Below are positions 51,102-63,399 of a stretch of 64,000 nucleotides of DNA, in pieces (position 1 is the first letter of the stretch; the number at the start of each line of letters is the position of its first letter). The stretch lies in assembly GCF_963921235.1 (NCBI RefSeq), contig NC_086109.1, positions 3,226,001 to 3,290,000 of the forward strand, read 5' to 3'. The translations under genes and the position numbers were made by a program. This stretch comes from Mobula hypostoma (lineage: Eukaryota). Below the pieces are notes generated by a model. It saw only the letters and a list, made by a program, of their open reading frames with translations. It ran no database searches and had not been told where the DNA came from.

Positions 51102-51331
51102 TGTGGTAAACCATGTATATATGTTGTAACTGGGTTACCTGTCTGGACACACCCCTCTGCTGACTGCCCCTGTGGCTCCTCCCACAGAGTCCTGTATAAA
51201 GGTGTTTCGCCATTGCTCTTCCTCTCAGTCCGGGGGCAGACACTCACTGTGGAGGTCGTATTGTACAGCGAATGAAAGCCTTTCAGTATTTTACCAAACC
51301 TCAGTCTTTTGGAGTAATTGAAGGTGCTTCA
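51102..51331 (+). repeat. 3' LTR (230 bp)
   Basis: Direct repeat of 46874-47102. Confidence 0.96.
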
Positions 51332-52789
51332 ATGTCACAGGCTCCCTCTTGCACTAACAGGGGACGGAGAGACGTCACCCATTTCACAGCGAAAGGGGAG
51401 ACTGACAGTCACTATTACCGTGTTACAGACGGCTGTGTTGCTTTCTATTCCCAATTTCTGTGATGCAAGAATTGGCAGCAACCTCTGCCTACCATCGATC
51501 AATCAGGTTCAATCAGTCCATTGACAGTGATTCTTCAGTTTCCTTCCCTCCAGCAGCCATCTGGTCGGAGCAGGGCAAAGCTGCGAATCTACCAAAGCAT
51601 TCAACCCGCTTCCGTAGCAGAAAGAACAGTGCGCAGAAATCCTATCAAATGAGCCAAATCTGTCATGATAAAGGAACAGGAAGCACGTATAATGGTAACT
51701 TTATTCGATAACGCCATTGCTACTGTAGACATTACCTCAGCGGTGGGATAATCGAGTTTCTTGGAAATGGAAGGTACCCTCTCAACAGATTGTGTAATGT
51801 CCTATTGGACGTCTTCCATCTACATTATATGCTGATATTTCCATGACAACATATCATGCTCAGACATGAGATTAATTTGATAAGTGTAGGAAGGAAGTTG
51901 TTCGCTTCAGTTCCTGGAGTACCATGACATGTCACAAGGTTCACTGCGGCCTTAGGCAACATTTTATCAGCGGAGGAACCACTCCAGAGGGAAGCAGTAA
52001 ATAGAGTCGGGGTTTTATTTCTCCCACCATGGTCAGTGGGAATGACTAAGCTGCAGTGATAAAAAACACATAAACTAAAGCCTGCTGACACTTGCTGATG
52101 TTTTATTTTTGCCAGTGCAGTAAAGACCAGTGCGGTGGCATCTGTGAGATTCGATTTTCTGTTCGAAAACAAATGGTTTAATTTTGTAAAGTTAACCCTC
52201 CAAGGACGCTGTTTGTAGCATTTCAAACACAGACCATAATTACAATGTTCTACACCTTCCAGAGATCACCAGGAAAACAGCAAACACTTCGCTTCCACAG
52301 AATTTCTCATAAACATTCTCTTTTACATAAGCCAACAATATTTCTGCTTTAAACTATTTTCAGACAAAGCCATCTATATCTTAGGTGCCCTTTCCCAGAT
52401 AAAAGATAATAGCCCCATAAAGCTGCAAAATAAATCAAAATAAAATCATTTATTTGGAGATATTTAACTAGTAGCAGCTATTAAAATGCCAGGTCTTATT
52501 CATCTTCCCAGCTGAGAGATTTTGTCAGGGATGGGTGTTTTACAATGAGCTGTGTAGTGTCTCTGTTGTCCAGCAGGAGAGGGGAAACTCTTCCCTTTTC
52601 CCTCAGAAAACTGAATTATTCATTATAACTCTGCAAAGTAAACTTCAGAAAATCTCCTGTGGGATCATGGTGACCTTGAGTTACTGTAGTTCTAGCTAGT
52701 CTGATCCAGTCTGACCATCTCCCTCATAGCCTGTTGTGTACCTTGTTGCTTAATCCTCTGCCGAGGATTTCGACAATGGCTATGGGTGG

Positions 52790-53165
52790 TGGGCTGGAGA
52801 TAAATCTCTACCAAAGGAGGTGTAAGGTGCTTTTTCCATCTGATAGCCTGCAGGTCTACCTTGGGCAAGGTGTAGCACCTGCTTAGCCCCCGATCAGGGT
52901 CATGTGAAGCCATGGGAGCAGGTGGTGGATGGTGGTATGAGCAGCTGGTGCAGATCACAAATCCTGGTTTTGTGACCACTGACGCCAGGCAGACAATCTC
53001 TGAAGAATATTGATAATGGCTGCGGTCACCCATCTTGTAAAACACTGCCCTGCGGAAGGCAATGGCAAATCACTTCTGCAGAAAAATTTGCCAAGATCAA
53101 TCATGGTCATGGGACCATGATCGGCCACGTCACATGATGCGGCACACAGTGATGATGATGAATGA
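52790..53165 (+). mobile_element. Interspersed short element with RTE/BovB-like 3' end (copy 2)
   Basis: Homologous to 17098-17470; (GAT)n tail. Confidence 0.7.
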
Positions 53166-54853
53166 TGGCTATGTTGGTGGGGGGGGGAGGTGGAGAAGAA
53201 TTAGATTGATCTTAGAGTGGGCTAAAGGGTGGGAACATCAGCATGGGCAGAGGGACCAGTACTGTGCTTTAATGTTCTATGTAATGATACTCTCTGACTA
53301 TCCACACTCACCATCTTGTGATCCTTGCCTGAAGCTAGCATCTTCTAGTTTTAGACAGTTCTGTGTGAGGATCCATTTACCACCTATCTAATCTTTGTCT
53401 CTTGTTATCTTTTTTTTAGTTGCCTTCGGTTGGCTTTTAAAAGTTTCCCAATCTTAACTTCCCACTAATTTTGTTCTATTATATGCCCTCTCCTTTGCTT
53501 TTGTGTTGGCTTTGTCTTCGCTTGTCAGCCATGGTTCCAATATCTTACCTTTAGAATTCTTCTTTGGGATGCATTTATCCTACACCTTCTGAATTGCTCC
53601 CAGAAACTCCAACCTTTACGGTTCTGCTGTGATCCCTGTTAGTGTCTCCTTCCAATATATCTGGGCCAGCTCCTTTCTCATGCCTCTGCAATTCACTTTA
53701 CTCCACTGTAATACTGATACATCTGACTTTAACTTCTCCCCATCAAGTTGCAGGGCGAATTCTATCATATTATGATCACTATCTCCCAAGGGTTCCTTTA
53801 CCTTAAACTCCCTAACCAAAGCCGGTTCACTACACAACACGCAATCCAGAATAGCTGATCCCTGAGTAGGCTCAACCATAAGCTGCTCTAGAAAAGCCGT
53901 CTCGTCGGCATTCTGTAAATTCTGTCTTTTGGGATCTAGCAGCAACCTAGCTTTTTCATTCTACCTGCATAATGAAATCCCCCATGGCTATTGTAATATT
54001 GCACTTTTGACATACATTTTCTATCTCCCATTGTAGATTGGATCCACATCCTGGCTACTGTTCAGGGGCTTGTATATAACTCCCATAAAGAACTTTTTAC
54101 CCTTGCAGTTTCTTAACTCTACCCACAAGGATTCTATATTGTCCTAAAATACTGTATGTCACCTCTATCTAAGGATTTGATTTAAGACCATAAGACCATA
54201 AGACAAAGGAGCAGAAGTCGGCCATTCGGCCCATCAAGTCTGTTCCACTATTTTATCATGAGCTGATCCATTCTCCCATGTAGTCCCACTCCCCTGCCTT
54301 CTCACCATAACCTTTGATGCCCTGGCTACTCAGATACCTATCAATCTCTGCCTTAAAGACACCCAATGACTTGGCCTCCACTGCCGCCCGTGGCAACAAA
54401 TTCCATAGATTCACCACCCTCTGGCTCATTTTTTACCAACAGAACCACGCCACACCCTCTGCCTTCACACCTGTCCTTTTGATGCAACGTGTATCCTTAG
54501 ATATTAAGCTCCCAACTATAGTCTTCTTTCAGCCACATCTCAGTGAGGCCCACGTTATAACTGCCAGTTTCTAACTGCACTGCAAGATCACCTGCCTTAC
54601 TTGGCATACTGCATGCATGCAAATATAACATCTTCAATCTTATATCTGTCACTCTTTTTAATTTTACCCCCTTCTTACACTGCAGCTTATGAAACTGACT
54701 GCAGTTTTGCCCCATTATTTCCCTGTGCTTTCTGACAATCTCACTACACACTGCCTCTGCCTGTAAACCAACAGCCCTATCCTCAATCCTATCACTGCTG
54801 TTCCTAATCTCCTGCCAAATTAGTTTAAACCCTCCTGAACAGCTCTAGTAAAG

Positions 54854-55544
54854 CAACACACATCAAAGTTGCTGGTGAACGCAGCAGGCCAGGCAGCATC
54901 TCTAGGAAGCAGTACAGTGGACGTTTCAAGCCGAGACCCTCCGTCAGGACTAACTGAAAGAAGAGCTAGTAAGAGATCTCCCAGTGGCCACACATTTTAA
55001 TTCCACATCCCATTCCCATCCTAATATGTCTATCCACGGCCTTCTCAACACTCAGTCACACTCAGGTTGGAGGAACAACACCTTATATTCCGTCTGGGAA
55101 GCCTCCAACCTGATGGCATGAACATTGACTTCTCTAACTTCTGTTAATGCCCCACCTCCCCTTCATACCCCATCCGTTATTTATTTATATGCACACATTC
55201 TTTCTCTCTCTCTCCTTTTTCTCTCTGTCCCTCTGACTATACCCCTTGCCCATCTTCTGGGTTTTTCCCCCCCTTCCCCCTTTTCTTTCTCCCTAGGCCT
55301 CCTGTCCCATGATCCTCTCATATCCCCTTTGCCAATCACCTGTCCAGCTCTTGGCTCCATCCCTCCCCCTCCTGTCTTCTCCTATCATTTTGGATCTCCC
55401 CCTCCCCCTCCCACTTTCAAATCTCTTACTAGCTCTTCCTTCAGCTAGTCCTGACGAAGGGTCTCGGCCTGAAACGTCGACTGTACCTCTTCCTAGAGAT
55501 GCTGCCTGGCCTGCTGCGTTTACCAGCAACTTTGATGTGTGTTG
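54854..55544 (+). mobile_element. Penelope-like element: inverted pLTR arm, GIY-YIG C-terminus, pLTR
   Basis: 54854-54977 is the reverse complement of 55421-55544; 54978-55147 encodes LPVATHFNSTSHSH...RLEEQHLIFRLGSLQPDGMNIDFSNFC*. Confidence 0.9.
55446..55483 (+). ncRNA. Minimal type I hammerhead ribozyme motif, intact core
   Basis: UAGUC-CUGACGA-A-GGGU-CUCG-GCCU-GAAAC-GUC-GACUG; stem I UAGUC/GACUG; predicted cleavage after C55478. Confidence 0.82.
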
Positions 55545-55809
55545 TCAGGTGAAGCCCGTCCCTTTTGAACAGGTCATATTTCTCCAGGAGAGATCGCAAT
55601 GATCCATAAATCTGAACCCATGCCCCCAGCAACAGTTTCTCACCCATGCATTTATCTGCCAAATGCTCCTATTCTTATCCTCAGTGGCCCGTGGCACAGG
55701 CAGCGATCCCCTGGCAGTCCTGTTTATGAGAAACTCCATTCTGTTTATGAGCTTTCTACCTAGCTCCCTAAATCCTCTCAAGTTTTTTCTTGCACAGAGT
55801 TGTAGGAGC

Positions 55810-56030
55810 CTGGAATACGTCACGAGGAGTGGTGGGGGAAGCAGATATGACCGAGATGTTTAAGAAGCTCAAAGATAGGCACATGAATATGCAGAGAAAG
55901 GAGGGAGATGGATCATGTGCAGGCAGTGGGGATTAGCGTAATTAGTTGCCATTAGTTTAATTAGTTTGGCACGACATCGTGGGCTGAAGCGCCTGTTTCT
56001 TTGCTGTACTCTTCAATGTTCTATGTTCTA
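55810..56030 (+). mobile_element. CR1 3' end
   Basis: CCTGTTTC..TGCTGTA and TTCTATG tail. Confidence 0.65.
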
Positions 56031-57287
56031 ACAGAGAGCTGATTGCCATTTGTGGATGTTCCAACATTATCGGAAGCCTCAGCAGTGAGGCCTCCTGAAC
56101 GGTTGGACGTGGGCCCAGTAGGCCAGGGCTCCAGAAGGAAGTGTAGCTGTGAGAAAGCGTGAGTGGGAGCCTGGCCTAGTGAATCTCAGGAGAGAATAAC
56201 AGGCCTTGAACATGAGTCAAAACCTCAGCTTCCTTCTCTGAGTGCACATATCTATCAGGTAAATGTTGCAAGCCTCCATAAAAGTTGTATTTGGTTCCAA
56301 CTTTCCTTTCAATTTCAAGATTATATTTTACTTATGGTACAAAAAGGTTTGAAAATACATTCTGTACATGTTTAAACTCTCCAGGACTTCATCGTTTTTG
56401 GCTTTGCTTTCTGGGTGTCCAATTGGCTGAGCAATCCTTTGAGGGTGAAGTCCTTCAGATCATTCAGCAAGACAGCTGCAGTCACCACCTTTTGTGCTAA
56501 ACAGTGTCTCTGCCTGTGTGAGTGACAGAGCAGGAGTAATTCATCCTGGGCTCTCTGCCTTGGCAGATAAATTGTTACTTGAAGATACACGGGAGAATTG
56601 ATGAATTATGAAAAATAAATCGTCCAGTGATGTAAAGGCTGATAACTCCTGTCTACATGTGCCATTAGAATTCCTGGAAGTTTTATCTTTTCATAAATCA
56701 GTAGTTCCTTTATTATGTGGGTTCTATTTATAAGACATCTGTTTCTTGCTGCACAACAAGATAGCTGGCAAGAGCAGATTATAGTTCATTATTCAACTGA
56801 AACAGCCTCTGATCTGACACTTTGTTACTTGACCAGATTAAACAAACCGGTATTCCCAGAAGTAACACAGCACATTAGGATGGAAGAGTATTTATAGGAA
56901 GATCGAATATTCAAATAGAACTTGGGTCATTTCCAAATGTTCAACATAATGAGTGACAGATTATTTTGGCTCTGTACTTCCAAAACAAAGTCTCCTTTAG
57001 ATTCTGCCGCAGTGGTCTTACTGGTTGCTATCTCCCTGATATGGTCAGTGTAGGGGTGCAGCAGAACAGAGTGCCAATGTTCCAACGCTCCGTGACGATG
57101 GCTGTCTGATCGAGGCCACATTTGGAATTTGGCTTTACACACTCTGTGCAAAGGATTGAGGCCAGAGACAGGCCTGCTTTACTTTCTTTCCTGATCCGTT
57201 CCTTTAGCATTTTGTTCCTGTCACTTATTTTACTGAGGTGATTATCTGATTTTCTTCTTTTCTGCAGAGTCTTATCTTCATGTAACA

Positions 57288-58259
57288 CATGGAACACAGA
57301 AGATGGAACACTGTATATGGAACATGGAACACTGTACATGGAACATGAAACTGTATATGGAGCATGGAACATGGAACTGGATATGGAGCATGGAACACTG
57401 TATATGGAACGTGAAACTGTATATCGAACATGGAACACTGTACATGGAACATGAAGCTGTATATGGAACATGGAACATTGCATATGGAACATGAAACTGT
57501 ATATGGAGCATGGAACACTGTATATGGAACGTGGAACTGGATATGGAGCATGGAACACTGTACATGGAACATGAAACTGTATATGGAGCATGGAACATGA
57601 AACTGTATATGGAGCATGGAACACTGTATATGGAACATGGAACTGGATATGGAGCATGGAACACTGTATATGGAACATGGAACTGGATATGGAGCATGGA
57701 ACATTGTATATGGAACATGAAACTGTATATGGAGCTTGGAACACTGTATATGGAACGTGGAACTGGATATGGAGCATGGAACACTGTACATGGAACATGA
57801 AACTGTATATGGAGCATGGAACATGAAACTGTATATGGAGCATGGAACACTGTATATGGAACATGGAACTGGATATGGAACATGGAACACTGTATATGGA
57901 ACATGGAACTGGATATGGAGCATGGAACATTGTATATGGAACATGAAACTGTATATGGAGCTTGGAACACTGTATATGGAACGTGGAACTGGATATGGAG
58001 CATGGAACACTGTACATGGAACATGAAACTGTATGTGGAGCATGGAACACTGTATATGGAACATGGAACTGTATATGGAGCATGGAACACTGTATATGGA
58101 ACGTGGAACTGGATATGGAGCATGGAACACTGTACATGGAACATGAAACTGTATATGGAGCATGGAACACTGTATATGGAACATGGAACTGTATATGGAA
58201 CATGGAACACTGTATATGGAACATGGAACTGTATATGGAACACAGAAGATGGAACACTA
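57288..58259. repeat. Compound minisatellite of ATGGAAC/ATGGAGC/ACTGTAT units with 226-bp higher-order period
   Basis: Near-identical translations start at 57510, 57736 and 57962. Confidence 0.95.
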
Positions 58260-60754
58260 TATAATATAGCTCAAGATCGTTGAGGAATTCAACATTGATT
58301 TTGTGGGTGTTGGACTTGCAGTATCTGCAGATTTTCTCATTTTTGTAATATGGCACAGGTGGTGTGACATGAAAAGCGTCACTGGAGGGACACTGAAGCC
58401 AATGGATCGCTAAGTGTTCTATTCAACAAAAATGAACAGCAGGCAGGCACCTTATTTAGATACTCTTGGAGGAAGAGGCCTCCCAACCCAATATTCCATG
58501 ACATTTTATGTGCTAAAGATTAGAGGTAACAGCAGGATAATTCTATAGTCACAATGTATCTACAATCCTCCCTTTTCACACCCCTCCTTCTTCACACCCA
58601 CACTTGAGACTCCCAAAACGAATGTTAATCTCTACCAACTCGAGGCCACGTCCATGCATATGCAGGCATCTGAGGTCTAATTGTTCAGAGTTGCGTTTTA
58701 AATTCAACCTGCAATCTACATTCAAATCAGAAAATTGGTTGCTGGTGAAATTAATATTTTCTATATACCCTAACTCCAGAAACACCCTAACAATGGGCAC
58801 ACCGTTGTATGCACTAAACATGGTGCCAAGTTTATCTAAGGCCGTTCTGCCTGAACATGATCTGCATCCCTCCAATCCTTGTGTACTGGAGGGATAGGTA
58901 GGGTTTGGAGGTTTCTTGACACAATATGTAGATAAGCCTACAAGAGGAGAGGCTGTACTTGACCTGACATTGGGAAATGAATCTGGTCAGGGTTTGGTGG
59001 GATGTGAATCATGTGTGAAACTGTCCCAATGGAGGGTCTTGGCTCCAAATGTTAAATGTCTATTCCTCTCCATAGATGCTGCCTGACCTGCTGAGTTCTC
59101 CCGGCATTTTGTGTGAGTGTTTACATGCAAGTGTCTATCCAACAGGATCTTCAATGCCTCAATCACATTTAGTTCCACCACTACACCTGGCAGATGTATC
59201 CGATCAACATTATATTCTGATGCTGTCTGAGGCTGGTTACCCTTCAGATTCCAGTGTGATTGAAGAACAGCAGAATAACTGTTTCATGTTTGACCGAGCG
59301 GTGATACTTGGGTCTGAAACTCACAGGGTATGCAAAAAGAAAGGGAATTCTACAAACTGCTCCAACGTTCTTCCAACAATTTCACGGTTACTTTGACCTA
59401 ACTACCAATTTTTCATTTGAACAAATCGGAATTCATAAATGGATGTCAACTGGAAGAAATCTGTTTAGAGATTTTTTTTTAAATTGCTTTCTACTCATTG
59501 TTGCAAACATGAAGGAATTTACATTGAATTTGCTTTTGTGCTTCTTATTAAGTTTGGTTTCCAGCTAAATCTCAAGAAATCTCATGCCTGGACAATGTTT
59601 TCTCTATTTTTTTTACAGCTGTATGGACCAATCATTGCTCTGAGCAGAAAATTTTTACACGGTCTGAAAAACAGCGTGGCACTTTAATAAAACAATAGAT
59701 AAAAGAAAATTCTATTTGCGTGGCAACAAAGGCGATGCGCAGGGGAGCATTTCAAAGTTCAAAAGTTCAAATTTCAAAGTACATTTATTATCAAAGTGCT
59801 GTCTGTATACTTTATACAACCTTGAGATCCATCTCCTTACATTGGCTACAAAACAAAGAAACCCAGTAGAACTCATTAAAACAAAAGAAGGCCATCGAAC
59901 ATGCAATGTGCAGAGAAAAATAAAATCGTGCAAACAGTAAAAGTAAGCAAGTAGCATTCAGACCTGAAGGTCACAAAGCTAAGTCCACAGACAATTCAGA
60001 AGCCTGGCAATTGCAGACCACAAGACTCAGTTCGATGCAGAGACTAATGGAACTCGCAGAGCAGCGAAGCGAGATGAACTGGCCTGACCCTCGCCCACGG
60101 CCCTGACACCCAGATCTATTCAATCTGGCCAGCCTTTTAAATTTGTGGTTGCTGTGTGGCCACACACCCTCACAGCTTAGAGGGAGCAGGTTCAAAAAGA
60201 TGTGTCCGGTGTAGACACAGAAACGCAAGATCTTGCGTCAGTGTGTTTTTTTGTTATTAGCACATCCAGCGACATGGACGGCATACAAACTGTTGGAGGG
60301 TCTCAGCATGTTGAGCAGCTTCCGTGGAGGGAAAAGAAATATCAATGTTTCAGGTCAAAATCCTACATCAGGACACATCCTGGCCCTCCTCAGATGGTCC
60401 TCCAACAGGTTGTCGGCTGCTCCAGACTCCAGTGTTTCCGTGTACAAGAGCAGACACTCCCAGTCAAACCCAGGTGCACTTGAAAGTTGGAAGGCGGTGT
60501 TGAGTATGAGCTGAGATTCTGTTCCTGGGAGTGCTTTCCTGCTTTCCTGATCTCCCCGGCCCCAACATCATTGACTTTCACACAGAGGGAAACCATTTGG
60601 CCCATCAGCCCCATCAGTATTTCCCTGTTCAAACCACAAAATAAATTTATTATGAAAATACATGTATGTCACTTGTTACAACCCTGAGATTCATCTTCTT
60701 GTGGCAGTCACAGTAAATACAAAGAAACGTAACAGAATTAACAAATTCCACAGA

Positions 60755-61010
60755 TTATGAGGGGGAATTTCTTTAGCCAGAGGGTGGTGAATCTGTGGAA
60801 TTTGTTGTCACAGGCGGCTTTGGAGGCCAAGTCATAGGGTATATTTAAGGCAGAGGTTGATAAACTCTTGATTAGTCAAGACATAAAGGGATACGGAGAG
60901 AAATAGAAGATTGGAGATGAGAGGGAAAATAGATCAGCCATGATGAAATGCCAAAGCAACTCGATGGGCCAAATGGCCTAATTCTGCTCCGAAATCTCAT
61001 TGTCTTATGA
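60755..61010 (+). mobile_element. CR1 3' end inside a minus-strand Rex-like tail (about 60630-61230)
   Basis: FFSQRVVNLWN motif; flanks resemble 15855-16160. Confidence 0.75.
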
Positions 61011-61234
61011 TCGGAAGACCACAAATAAGATGGACAAACAACTAATGTGCAAACATCAATAGATTATTTAAATACAAAGAGAAAAAAGAAAAATGTATAT
61101 AATAAATAAGCAATAAATATCGAGACAATGAGATAAAGGCATCTTGAAAGTGATTCCATAGTTTGTGGGAACACGTTGGTGTTGGGATGAATGAAGTTGA
61201 GTGAAGTTATCCCCTTTGGTTCAAGAGGTTGAAC

Positions 61235-62370
61235 CCTCACAATGTGTCCGGCCCTGATGGCGTACCTGGTAGGGCTCTGAAAACCTGCGCTAACCAGCTG
61301 AAGGAGTGTTCAAGGGCATCTTCAATCTCTTACTGCTGCAGATGGAAGTTCCCACCTGCTTCAAATGGGCAACAAACATACCAGTACCCAAGAAGAGCAC
61401 AATGAGCAATTTCTGATTTTATTAATAACTTAGATGAGGGAGTGGAAGGGTGGATCAGTAAGGCTGCAGATGATTTAAAGGTTGCTGGTGTTGTGAACAG
61501 GGTGGAAGGTTGTCGTAGGTTACAACAGGATATTGACGGGTTGTAGAGTTGGGCTGAGAAGTGGCAGATGGATTTCAGTCTGGAAAAGCATAAATTGATA
61601 CACTTTGGAAGATTAAAGGAAGGCAGAGTACAGGATTAGCAGCAGAATTTTTATCAGTGTGTAAGAACAGAGCTATCTTGAGGTTCATATCAATAGATCC
61701 CTCAAAGTTGCTGCACAAGCTGATAGGGCAGATAAGATGGCATATGTTGTGTTAACCTTCGTTGGTCGGGGGACTGAGTTCAAGAGCCATGAGGTAAGGT
61801 TGCAGCTCTATAAAACTCCACCTAGACTATGCCTGGAATATAGTATTCAGTTCTGGTTGCTTCATTATAGGAATGATATGGAAGCTTTACAGAGGTTTGA
61901 GAGGAGGTTTACCAGAATGCTATCTGGATTAGAGAGCATGTGTTATGAGGATAAGTTGAGCGAGGAGGATGAGGGGTGACTTGATAGACGTTTACAAGAT
62001 TATGAAAGGCATCAATCATGTGTACTATTTCCCAGGACAGCAGTGGCCTGCACCAGGTCACGTCCACCTAAGACGAGTGGAAGAAGTGGAGGGAAGTTGA
62101 CATGAGATGTCAAAGGCAGGTGGATGCCTAGAACACACTGCTGACAGAGGCAGATACATTCAAAGAACAGAGCAATATCTCAAAAGGCAGCATCCATTAT
62201 TAAGGACCCAGGACATGCCCTCTTCTCATTGCTACCATCAGGTAGGAGGTACAGAAGCCTGAAGAGACACACTCAGTGATTCAGGAACAGCTTCTTCCCC
62301 TCTGCCATCAGATTTCTGAATGGGCTTTGAACCCATAAACACTACCTCTCTACTTTTTTTGCACTATTTA
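61235..62370 (+). mobile_element. Concatenated Rex RT fragment (about 61235-61410), CR1 RT/C-terminus (about 61410-62160) and Rex 3' end (about 62165-62370)
   Basis: GPDGVPG; LEYSIQFW...RRFTRML; last part matches 43260-43440. Confidence 0.75.
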
Positions 62371-62439
62371 ACAATGGGATTAGCATACAGGCATTATGTC
62401 CGTACATTTCTATCATTATATGATGTTGCGTGATGGTAC

Positions 62440-63200
62440 CTGCACCCCATCCTTCACCACGGATCCCCTCACCCCTCTTATCCCTCACACCCCTCATCCA
62501 TCACCCCAAATCACAAATTCCTCACCCACAACCCTCAGTCTTCCCCTCTTACCCCTCACCCCTCTCTCCTCACCCCTCTTGCCTCAGTCTTCAACCCTCA
62601 CCACTGAGGTTTCAAACCTCAACCCTTCATCCCTCACCCAAATCACAAATACCTCACCCTTCACCCCTCACCCATAACCCTCACTCCTTACCCTCACCCT
62701 TCACCCCTCAGTGTTCAAACCTCACCCCTCATCCCTCAGAACTCACCCCTCACTCCTCAACCCTCTCCCCTCATTTGCAACCCTCACCCCTCAGTCTTCA
62801 AATCTCAACCCTTCATCCCTCACCCAGAATCCTAAATACCTCAGCATTCACCCCTCACCTGCAACCCTCACTCCTTACCTCTCACCCCTCGACCCTCAGT
62901 TTTCAAACCTCACCGCTCATCCCTCAGAACTCACCCCTCTCGCCTCAGTTTCAACCCTCACCACTGAGGTTTCAAACCTCAACCCTTCACCCCTCACCCA
63001 TAACCCTCACTCCTTACCTCTCACCCCTCGCCCCTCAGTTTTCAAACCTCACCGCTCATCCCTCAGAACTCAACCCTCTCCCCTCAGTCTTCAAACCTCA
63101 TCCTTCATCCCTTACCCCAAACCCCTCACCCCTCACTGTGCACCCTTCACTCCTTATCCCCCACCCCCTCATCACTCTGCACCTTTTACTCCTCACTTTC
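62440..63200. repeat. C-rich degenerate tandem array (CCCTCAC-based) with internal duplications
   Basis: Repeated ACCCCTC/ACCCTC units; CACCACTGAGGTTTCAAACCTCAACCCTTCA at about 62599 and 62959. Confidence 0.9.
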
Positions 63201-63399
63201 CACAACTGCCTTTCCCCCCATGGTAACTGTTTGGTCAGTCAGTCTGCTGGAGGAGGCAGGACACATGATAATGAAGTCCTGTAGGCCTGTGTCACACCCC
63301 TCTGCTCTCTGCCCCACTCCCCCCTCCCCACCCCGTGGCTGTCTGTGACCCAGCCTGCCTCCAGCTGTGCAGGCACCTTCGAAAAGAAGCAACATATCG

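Larger units (their letters stand above)
46874..51331 (+). mobile_element. Full-length Ty3/Gypsy LTR retrotransposon (frameshifted)
   Basis: TG...CA LTRs, 5-bp TSD ATGTC (46869-46873, 51332-51336), gag-PR-RT-RH-IN order, PPT. Confidence 0.97.
53395..55780 (-). mobile_element. Decayed CR1 5' half (ORF1 esterase, ORF2 endonuclease) with nested CR1 tail (about 54185-54425) and Penelope insert
   Basis: VEPTQGSAILD..LGDSDHN (53616-53945); LPVPRA..INAW..GFRFMDH (55545-55823). Confidence 0.8.

Noticed and set aside
57028..58356. 442-aa and overlapping ORFs
   Set aside because: Translations of a minisatellite in several frames on both strands
62430..63284. 284-aa Pro/Ser/His-rich ORF; telomere-like array
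   Set aside because: Low-complexity C-rich repeat; units are CCCTCA-like and irregular, not (CCCTAA)n
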